Origin: Tubiluchus corallicola
Taxonomy: Eukaryota > Animalia > Priapulida
Assembly: GCA_030141605.1 (NCBI GenBank)
Contig: JAQGDQ010000780.1
Location: forward strand, 1 to 49,030
Reading direction: 5' to 3'
DNA: 49,030 bases
Part shown: in pieces, positions 40,201-49,030 of the stretch
Layout of the letters: each line of letters begins with the position of its first letter
How positions within the stretch are numbered: the stretch's first letter is position 1
Notes under the pieces: model-generated
The model's database searches: none
Seen by the model: only the letters and a program-made list of their open reading frames with translations
Told to the model about the DNA's origin: nothing
Position numbers and translations under genes: made by a program

Positions 40201-40517
40201 CACTCATACCTCGGTGTGCCGGACCGCGCCTTTACGGATATCGGAAAAGTCTGGACCGTTAAAAGTCCCGTATACTGCGGACACAGTCCGTTGCTTCGTG
40301 ACCTGACCGTTAGTTGGCAGGCGGTCACTTTGTTTACGTCATTACAGCAAGCAGTGTGTAATTTATACGTCAGGAGCGTCCAGTACTAGACGTTTTTGAG
40401 ACAATTAGGTGATTAACTCAGCGCCTACTGTATTAGCTCAGTATCCGTAAATACGGACAATCGGCAAATTCGGACCGACGTCTCTCCCCTTTTGTCCGGA
40501 AAACCGAGATGTGAGTG
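40201..40517. mobile_element. TA-flanked MITE (CACTCA termini); related partial copy at about 27930-28286
   Basis: TIRs cactcatacctcggtgtgccgga / tccggaaaaccgagatgtgagtg; TA on both sides; a similar right end at about 28240-28286. Confidence 0.75.
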
Positions 40518-40784
40518 TATTTTAGTTGGTTTTCTCTCCTGTTTCTATGCTTATTCATTCAAATACTCCGTGTCTGACTGGCTATGTAAAAGACACAAAA
40601 ACAAGTGTTCAACGCATTCAAAAAAACTAAAAAAATAAAAAAATGTAACTACATATAACATATAAATAAATATATCAGGTAGAATGTAGATAGATGCAAA
40701 TTATAGATCTCACAATTTTAGCACAATCCCTAAAAGAAAAATCTTGAAAATGAGATTATTTAAAAAGTTGAAAAGAAACACGTT

Positions 40785-41165
40785 AACCAACAATTTTACA
40801 ACATATTTGACTTACAAGTCATGAAATTAAACCAAATTTTTATTATTAATTTCTAAAATCTCCTGTAGATGGCACCACAAACTCAATTCTTTAATTTTGC
40901 ATCATTTGTCAACCAACAATATGACACCATATTTGACTGACAAGTTATGAAACTGAACCATAAATCCCATTCTCATTACTAATTTCTAAAATCTCCGGTA
41001 GATGGCATCACAAACTCAGTTCTTTAACTTTCGCATCATTTGTCAACCAACAATTTTACAGCATATTTGGCTGACAAATCATGAATTAAACCCCATTTTT
41101 ATTAATAATTTCTAAAATCTCCTGTAGATGGCACCACAAACGAAGTCCTTTAACTTTCACATCAT
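40785..41165. repeat. Tandem repeat, about 130 bp x 3
   Basis: aatttctaaaatctccKgtagatggcaYcacaaac recurs. Confidence 0.88.
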
Positions 41166-41731
41166 TTTAAATACAGTTTTATACACGATCACAGTTTTAC
41201 TAAATATCCAACTCTAATACTAGAAAATACTAATACTACAAAATATTCATGCTAATTTTCCGCCATAATAATTCAGTAATTTATCTGAGTTAAAAGTTTT
41301 TAACAATTTCTGACAAAATACGAAGTCGTAAGCACCAAATTTGTCCATCAACGGTTTTCAGGTAACACAAAATTATGAACAGATGGAATCGGTTTATTTA
41401 ACAGCAATTATATCTTTTCCATAATGTTTCAGCAGTTCATAATAAAATTATGGTTAGGGGTAGATCGGAACTCAGAAAATCTAGAACGTGCCAATGTGTG
41501 TAAATGCGTTAAAACCAGAACTCGAAAATATGGGAAAGTTATTCTGATTGGCTGAGAAGTATTTTGATCTTACTATATTATGGTAAAGTGCTGTCACCTC
41601 TTGACTGCATGTAAAACTATTTTCAATCGCAAATTTTTGCTTTAATTGTTCGTTGAATAACAGAAATTTAGCGTTTAAGGAGCAGAGAGCTATTCCACGC
41701 TGACAATAGCATTTCCACACGTCTCTACATG

Positions 41732-41910
41732 TTACTCATCGACATTCCGTGTTTCCGACGAATCCGTGTTTTCAACGGTACGAGACGTGATGCTAGCTGT
41801 TGACTCAGAATCAGATAAGCTTGGCGTTAGTTGCTGATCACTGCTACTAGATGTCACCGGTGGTTGCACATTTGCTACATCAGGTTGCACTGCATTCAAT
41901 TTTGGAGTGT
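41732..41910 (-). CDS. WBP1/VOPP1-like protein last coding exon (DTPKLNAVQPDV...SSETRNVDE*)
   Basis: tttctacttag acceptor; phase 1 matches the previous donor; stop-free Ser/Thr-rich frame ending in TAA. Confidence 0.7.
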
Positions 41911-42659
41911 CTAAGTAGAAAGTATCTACATAGAAAATAGCTAAGTAAAATTGCCTACATTAGTTTAAAGGAAGACCAGACGATTGTTTAGACTCAATCT
42001 CATTTTAATTAACTGTGCAAAATGTACATTTTCTTGCCTATAAAAGTTAACAATTGTTTCTTATATTTCAATAATTAGCTTAGAAAGTTAATTAACGGCA
42101 ACCGAACACAGCTATTGCTTACGTCAGAAACTAACCACAGTTTGTGCAATGACAGGCATCTTCCTTTGCGCGTACAAACGTACGTGTTACAGTACTGCTT
42201 AAACGCGTGATGTCACGAAAATGGGCTTTACATCACATGACATCATGAAACTAACACTGCAGTTCAAGCTCAAGGTTATCACGGTACCGCCTTCTATTTG
42301 TTGGCCACGCGAATGTGACAAAAAGGCGCCGCTGCCAATCTTACTAGATTCACTGAGCCGCGCGTAGCTTTGAAAGTTGAACGAAATTTGTGTATCCGAG
42401 GTAATTATTATTTAATCTAAGCTTTGATTTAAAATAAGCTACTGTAGTTTTCAATATTTTAGAGCATTCTTTATTCTGAACTCGTGTTTACACAATCATC
42501 CGGTTTTCCTTTAAGACTTGGATGCCACACATTACACTACATAAAAATGCTGACTTGTTAAAGGAACATATGACGATTTTTCACTTACTACCCCATTTTC
42601 AAGTCTGATAAAAGTATACATTTCAACACAATTAATACTGCACAATTGTTTCTGATAAT

Positions 42660-42735
42660 TAACCTAGCCACGGGGGGGGGGCAAGGCAGCCCAACTCAGT
42701 ACCGGTCCCAAGCCCGGATAAATAGGGAGGGTTAG
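42660..42735 (+). ncRNA. Twister ribozyme (type P1), copy A
   Basis: UAA-CCUA(P2)-GC-[P3]-CCGG-UCCCAAGC-CCGG(P4/L4)-AUAAA-UAGG(P2')-GAGGG matches the eukaryotic twister layout. Confidence 0.82.
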
Positions 42736-43132
42736 GGTCAGGAAGGGTATCCACCTGTAAAAACTGCGCCAAAACCTTCTATGAATGAGTCGGTGAGTGC
42801 AAAGAAGTGGTCAGACCCGCTCTAATCTACGGGCAGGAAGCAGCTTCTCTAAAGAAGATCGAAGAGAAGAAAATGGGTGTGGTAGAGATGAGGATGTTGA
42901 GATGGATGGTGGGAATAACAAGAAGAGATAAAATTAGAGATAATAAAATCAGAGGAACAGTAAAAGTAGTGGAAGCCTCGCAAGATTGCGATGGTATGGA
43001 CACCTGAAAAGAAGAGTCGGTGAAGATCATGTGGGAAGGGAAGACATAAATGAAGAGATGGTCAACAACAGGAATGCGTGGAGAAGACTCATTCACAACG
43101 GCGACCACGCATAGGGAAAAGCTGGGAAGAAG
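42661..43132 (+). mobile_element. Non-autonomous RTE-derived retroelement, copy A (twister head, RTE C-terminal remnant, (GAA)n tail)
   Basis: 17-bp TSD aattgtttctgataatt at 42644-42660 and 43133-43149. Peptide VRPALIYG.E...EMRMLRWMVGITRRDKIR is a typical RTE ORF C-terminus. Confidence 0.9.
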
Positions 43133-43321
43133 AATTGTTTCTGATAATTAAATAATAGATTAAAAACTTAATTAACGGCCGGGGAGCCCAATTATTGATG
43201 AAATCACAAACTATAGCATAATTCTCAAAAGCAAAAATATTCCAAGAGCATGTTTGCCGAAGCAAAACTAGACGAGTTGAGAAACTAGGACAATTGTGAT
43301 GTAACTTTGAGACTCACTGAA

Positions 43322-43481
43322 TTTCTGCAAGCGCACTGCGGGTTTCTGCAAGCGCACTGCGGGTTTCCGCAAGCGCACTGCGGCTTTCCGCAAGCGCACT
43401 GCGGCTTTCCGCAAGCGCACTGCGGCTTTCCGCAAGCGCACTGCGGCTTTCCGCAAGCGCACTGCGGCTTTCTGTAAGCGC
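43322..43481. repeat. Minisatellite, 21 bp x about 7.5
   Basis: Unit ttccgcaagcgcactgcggct. Confidence 0.95.
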
Positions 43482-43857
43482 ATGCTGTTTAAACTCATTC
43501 AAACTTCTGCAGCTTACCTAATGTTCGCGCAAAAACATCACAAAATTAGCTAATTTCTTTGTGAAAACTTATTATATTTCTGATGAAGATTAACAGTGCG
43601 CATTTTTTCTTCATCATGAATGACGTCATTGGAAGAAGAACGGCCATTGAAAATGGGAGCGCCGAAGCATGAAGTGATCGCGACTTTTAAAGTGATTTTA
43701 CCTAATTAAACAATGAGCTTATTGCAGTTTTATTACTAAATCCTTCTGACATTTTTTGCGAACATTGCAATAAGCTTGACTTTTCCTTTAACATTCAAAT
43801 GCTATCATCAACAGCTGTAAAGCCAATAGAAGACCCAAATGGATAATACAGTAAACT

Positions 43858-44353
43858 TCTTCTTCTTCTTCCCAGCTTTTCCCTATTCAGGGTCGCCGTT
43901 GTGAATGAGTCTTCTCCACGCATTCCTGTTGTTGACCATCTCTTCATTTATGTCTTCCCTTCCCACAAGATCTTCACCGACTCTTCTTTTCAGGTGTCCA
44001 TACCATCACAATCTTGCGAGGCTTCCACTACTTTTACTGTTCCTCTGATATTATTGTTTCTAATTTTATCTCGTCTTGTTATTCCCACCATCCATCTCAA
44101 CATCCTCATCTCCACCACACCCATTTTCTTCTCTTCGGTCTTCTTTAGAGAAGCTGCTTCCAGCCCATAGATTAGAGCGGGTCTGACCACTTCTTTGTGG
44201 ACTTTACCTTTAAGTCTCACTGACTCATTCATAGAAGGTTTTGGCGCAGTTTTTACAGGCGGATGCCCTTCCTGACCCTAACCCTCCCTATTTATCCGGG
44301 CTTGGTACCAGCACTGAGTAGGGCTGGCTTGCCCCCCCCCCAGTGGCTAGGTT
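43858..44353 (-). mobile_element. Non-autonomous RTE-derived retroelement, copy B
   Basis: TSD ggataatacagtaaact at 43841-43857 and 44354-44370. Near-identical to copy A; LKGKVHKEVVRPALIYG remnant; (GAA)n tail. Confidence 0.9.
44279..44353 (-). ncRNA. Twister ribozyme, copy B (degenerate)
   Basis: Same layout; P4 is CUGG/CCGG (wobble), L4 is UACCAAGC (C>A), and position -1 is C rather than U. Confidence 0.72.
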
Positions 44354-44514
44354 GGATAATACAGTAAACTAAAACTCTAAAAAACTCCGTTATTCCAAAC
44401 AAATTGATTCATTCTAGCCCCACCTGGAACCTCGAACGATTGCTGGCTCTTGTTTGGGGGAGGATGAAGACGGGGAGATAACTAAAAGTAATAATTACTA
44501 ATTAGTCAAGTTAC

Positions 44515-44614
44515 CCTGCTCTGCTGCCGCAGCTCCTGCAATCTCCGAATACGATGGGAGCGCATCGTCTTGATACGGCGGTGGCGCCATCTGTGGTGAA
44601 GGTTTTGCAATAAC
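44515..44614 (-). CDS. WBP1/VOPP1-like protein exon (VIAKPSPQMAPPPPYQDDALPSYSEIAGAAAAEQ)
   Basis: tttacag acceptor, G|gtaact donor. Completes PPPYSEV and adds PPPY and LPSY WW-binding motifs. Confidence 0.8.
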
Positions 44615-44725
44615 CTGTAAATAATTTCATACGTTATTAACATTTTGTACTAATATTGCGATAAGTTGCAGTGTAACTGATACTAAATCTGAGTCACACA
44701 CACACATATATATCTAATGTAAAAC

Positions 44726-44756
<31 letters not shown>

Positions 44757-44766
44757 TGTATGTATG

Positions 44767-44798
<32 letters not shown>

Positions 44799-45503
44799 AT
44801 GTTTAGGCAATATGTGTGCTTGTATAGCAAAATTATCCAAAAATCGACAATTAAGCTTTTCTAGTTATTCACATATCCTGAATCTCCATTTCATGAGGAT
44901 CATTTTAATACCAAGTTCATCACTCTCTGTTATTTCTAAACTGAGATAATCTACATTGAAGTTGAGGTGCAGGCTGCACACTGAAAAACACAACCTTGAG
45001 AAAATCACTGTTAAAGTTAGCCATTGTTTTTGTCGTGTTTCTACAAAGCTCTTAGCAACCGTAGAAATGATGGTTGTTACGGACTTTGTAAGAACGCATT
45101 GAAGTTATGTTTAAATCCAGTAGGTGGCTCTTCCTGACGAAGATCTGGGTTTGGCAACAGAAAATCGTGGCTTCCACGAGCTACTGTAGGAGTTTGAAAA
45201 TTCATGTTTTTTATAATTGCAGTTCTAGTTTCCAGACAGAAAAGTGAGTATGGAGCTATAAAATTAAATTTTTAGAATTTTTTAAACATTTTCTTGATAA
45301 TTTGATGCCAGAATATAAAAGTCCAATATATTTAGCATTTACCGTAGAACGACAGAGCGAGGCCTGTAAGTAGGCTTTTTGCCTATAGTTATCTCTCTTG
45401 TTAAATCTCTGTTAATCAGGCGCAACAATGGAAGCAGCATGAACACACAATTGTTGGCCAAGAAGTCCAGACGGCTTGCTATAGTGAAAAACTAGACATT
45501 TAC

Positions 45504-45774
45504 CTCAGAGTACGGCGGCGGATCTAGGGCACTGCCTCGAGGGCTCGGACTACTCACTGGATCCCTGTAGATGAAAAGAGGTGGATATCCCACAATCCTC
45601 TGCGCGAAGGTCGACGGCACTTGCGACGTGGCGTCCGTGAACGTAGAACATCGGCTAAACGACAGAGGATCCGAATTTGTCATGTTTCCATAGGAACCGT
45701 AGAAGAGAAGCTGCCGACGACGCCAGTACTTGCAGCCTCCGAAACAAGCGATGAGTAAAGAGATGACGATAAAC
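45504..45774 (-). CDS. WBP1/VOPP1-like single-pass membrane protein, internal exon (FIVISLLIACFGGCKYWRRR...LDPPPYSE)
   Basis: ctttttcag acceptor, GAG|gtaaat donor. TM segment, Cys, RRR stop-transfer, PPPY motif. Upstream exons not confidently located. Confidence 0.75.
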
Positions 45775-45984
45775 CTGAAAAAGAGGTGTCGTTAGTAACA
45801 GTAAGAAACAATGAGGCAATCGATGCTTAGTGAGAGCAGTTTTTCGTGAACCTATGTAAAATGCAGTAAACACTTATGATCCTGAAGGAGATAATGCTCT
45901 ACTATTTCTGCTGTCTCCTTTTCTCATTCCAGATAAGTAAACAAGAGACTGAGCAAAAAATTTGCTTTTGACCGATACCACGTG

Positions 45985-46683
45985 CAGGGATGATAATGAC
46001 AAATTGCAAAAAACTCTGAAACAGGCCGGGGGTTTTGGGGCCACGTAGGCAGCAACAAATTACAATTTTCTGACCATAGAAAGCCTCTAAGTGGACTTAT
46101 AATATCAATTACCTTGTTTCATGCATAATTTAAGACACCCAACTATCAAGGATACATGATACCTAATTGTCTCAAAAACGCCTAAGTACTGGCTGCTCCT
46201 ATGCAAAAGTATATAAAAACTGTCTGCATTTGCTTCTCTAGCCTCACTGCAGTACAATTATTCTTTTATGATAACGATATTGTATGAAACAGAACAATTC
46301 AAGACAGTATGATGTAATAATTTTGATGTCACTGTGCGCTTAATATTGTACTGAATGTGATAATAATAATAATAAATAAAATAAAAGTTTTGGTGGTGGG
46401 TTTTGTGTGTTTTTGTTGTTGTTGTGGTGGTGTGGGTGTTTTGTTTTTTTTTTTTTTTAAATAACTCCGCACAATTGATTCTATATTTTTATACATAGAA
46501 ATATACACGTGGTTACATTCGTGTACATGATGTAAACAAAGTGACGGCCTGCCAACTAGCGGTCAGTTTGTGAAATAATGTACTGGATCCGTAAAAATTT
46601 TCTCAACGAATTTACACGATTTTCAAAAATGGCACTACTGGTCTTCCAAACACTCGGAATTCCGCGGAAAATTCTCATCCCTG
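45985..46683. mobile_element. Same MITE family, copy 2, with an internal insertion (about 46230-46460)
   Basis: cagggatgataat...attctcatccctg; internal similarity to copy 1; no TSD evident. Confidence 0.75.
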
Positions 46684-48645
46684 TACAAGAAACACACTAG
46701 CATTTATTGTGGAGGTTTATCATTCAGAGGTGATATTCCAGGCATCCCAAATCTACAATCACAAATTAAGATAAAAAGACGATCTGCCTGGCAAATGTCT
46801 TAAAACATGTTTTGGGATAATTCCCCCCCCAAAAATACTCATAAGTTGACAGAAAAAGGGAATTCTATCCCTGTTTAGAACAGCTGAGAAGGAAAATAGA
46901 TCAACTGATAAACATGTAAACAGAAAAAGTTGTTTACCCAGAGGGGGTAAAGCACAACATTAAAGTTAACGGATAGTGACATTCAATAAAGAAGTTCACC
47001 CAGTTAATTACTCTAGTAACGGTTCTTGCCACCAGAGGGCAAATACCTCAATGCCCGGGACACTTTCCAATAAAAGACGAGACCAGAAGCAAAAACCTTG
47101 AGATCAAAAGATTAAGAAATTTTATGAACTACTGATAAAGAGGGTATATGGATGCAACCTTGAGGAACTTCCTACTTAACATGAGGAAGCAAACATGTGA
47201 CAGCAGCGTGTCAAAACACGCGCATTAAGACGTCGTTATTACAACCATTTGTATCTAATACTGCGTATGTTGCTTTTGTGTGATATAATTTCTGCCCTAA
47301 CTGAATTCTTTTTTGCTTTGGTTTTGACAAATTCGTTTACTTTCAGTTGAAATACGTTTGCTTTATAAAATTTTCACTTTGAGTTTCATTTTGTTTGATA
47401 TAATTTTTTGCTATAAGTTAAATTCCATTTTGCATTGCTTGTGATAACTTCCTTTCATTCTGAGTGGAATTGCATTTTTGCTTTGAGTAGATTTTTGTTG
47501 CTTTTGTTTGATATTATTTTTTCTCTACATTGAATTTCATTAATTTTTTGCTTGATGTTATTCCTTGTTATGCTTTGAATTGCATTTCTGCTTTGAGTAG
47601 ATTTTTGTTGCTTTTGTTTGATGTTATTTTTTGCTCTACATTGAATTTCATTAATTTTTTGCTTGATGTTATGCCTTGTTATGCTTTGAATTGCATTTCT
47701 GCTTTGAGTTGATTTTTGTTGCTTTTGCCTTTTATATATACACAAACACCTAAAAAATGTCATGAGCCTGTGAGTAAACTTGTATTTTTAATAAGGGGCA
47801 GCTGACCAAGTGACCAATAGGTCTTTCGCTGCTCCTTCTCAGCTGCAATGAAATGTAAAAATAATTATGACGAATTTTAACTGTTAGTGAGAAAATAAAA
47901 TTGAATTGAATTGAACTGCAGAAGAACAAAATTGCAGTTTTGACAGCAGAAGGATTAATAAAGGGTAACGATGCCAAATGAAATTAGGATATATTACAAA
48001 ATTTAATGAAATTCTAATTTTGATATAATGTTTCAAAAATTGGGATAAAACATGTAGTGGTAAGTGGTAGATGTGGTAGAAAGTCTGTGCCGGTTTTAGA
48101 CAACAAATAACCATAAAATTTAAAGCACAAGAAAACATAAACTATTCTTTAAAATTCGTCTTGAAATTTTACATTTGAGAATTTACTTACATGCTGCCTT
48201 ATTGTATAGAACTTGCATCAACAGTAACTCTGTATAAAACTTGTAAATTTAAACTCCCTCATTAGGGAGTTAGGTGCAGCTATTTTGATGGTAATTTATT
48301 TGAAACAAGTTTAGGTAACACTGCATAAAGTTTAAAAAAATAACCAGAGCATTTGTACGACACTTTTTGCTAATGAAGAAAAAGTATAAATTAGTGTACC
48401 TAATCAATAAGATCAATAATGTGTTTTTTGTGAGTCATTGATGCACACTGGGAATGTGAATCAGTGACTCTGTGCAGTTTGCGCAAACATTTTAAACTGT
48501 AAAGATTTCCATTTTTTAGTAACAAAAGTCTTTCAAGCAGGCAAGTTTCCTTTAAACTACTAGTGTGACAAGTAACATAACTTTGTGCTTATGGAAAATT
48601 TTTGGTACATGCTTTAAAATTGCCTTTTCCCCCTTTAAACTCACA

Positions 48646-49030
48646 TGATACGACAGACGAGATTCAAGTAGACTGTCTCAGAAATGTGTAACGTCACGAG
48701 TCTTAACTCTGATACGACAGACGAGATTCAAGTAGACTGTCTCAGAAATGTGTAACGTCACAAGTCCTAACTGTGATACGACAGACGAGATTCAAGTAGA
48801 CTGTCTCAGAAATGTGTAACGTCACAAGTCCTAACTGTGATACGACAGACGAGATTCAAGTAGACTGTCTCAGAAATGTGTAACGTCACAAGTCCTAACT
48901 GTGATACGACAGACGAGATTCAAGTAGACTGTCTAAGAAATGCGTAACGTCACAAGTCCTAACTGTGATACGACAGACGAGATTCAAGTAGACTGTCTCA
49001 GAAATGTGTAACGTCACAAGTCCTAGCTGT
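48646..49030. repeat. Minisatellite, 64 bp x 6 or more (runs off the window)
   Basis: tgatacgacagacgagattcaagtagactgtctcagaaatg recurs every 64 bp. Confidence 0.95.

Noticed and set aside
43268-43502. Coiled-coil-like ORFs (ESRSALA)n and (RKAAVRL)n
   Set aside because: Products of the 21-bp minisatellite, with no splice support.
43579-43620. CTGATGA hammerhead core
   Set aside because: Part of a simple hairpin (tgatgaaga/tcttcatca) without the stem II-GAAA-stem III arrangement.
45050-45190. Extra cassette exon in the third gene
   Set aside because: Acceptor-like ctacag/tag is present, but phase-0 readings give an immediate stop or a peptide with no family features and no clear donor.
47780-48120. 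Upstream exons of the WBP1/VOPP1-like gene (EKEQRKTYW; ICCLKPAQTFYH)
   Set aside because: A good acceptor near 47843 but only a weak gtcact donor, and the Cys-containing frame lacks convincing splice sites. Left uncalled.
48646-49030. Tandem hammerhead ribozyme / retrozyme (CAGACGAG...GAAA)
   Set aside because: The core is CAGACGA rather than CUGANGA, and stem II does not close directly onto GAAA. At most a decayed relic.

Overview
Eukaryotic (invertebrate bilaterian-type, AT-rich, intron-rich) genomic DNA; no prokaryotic features. Three spliced genes were reconstructed by hand from GT-AG junctions with matching phases. (1) The 5' part of a Flamingo/Starry night/CELSR cadherin-GPCR on the minus strand: three coding exons (cadherin repeats EC1-EC9), followed by an intron of more than 14 kb that runs off the window. 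(2) A complete 7-exon, 183-aa PTTG1IP/PBF orthologue on the plus strand, head-to-head with it. (3) The last three coding exons of a WBP1/VOPP1-like single-pass PPxY protein on the minus strand, tail-to-tail with PTTG1IP. Introns and spacers contain many minisatellites, MITEs, a CR1/L2-type LINE remnant and a 5S-derived SINE-like element. The main finding is two inverted, TSD-flanked copies (about 0.5 kb) of a non-autonomous RTE-derived retroelement. Each starts with a twister ribozyme, and both begin exactly at the predicted U|A cleavage site. A second, unrelated RTE-derived mini-element in a PTTG1IP intron can be folded into an HDV-like but non-canonical nested pseudoknot whose predicted first nucleotide lies at the element edge. 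All family assignments come from remembered motifs, not database searches. Repeat coordinates are approximate.
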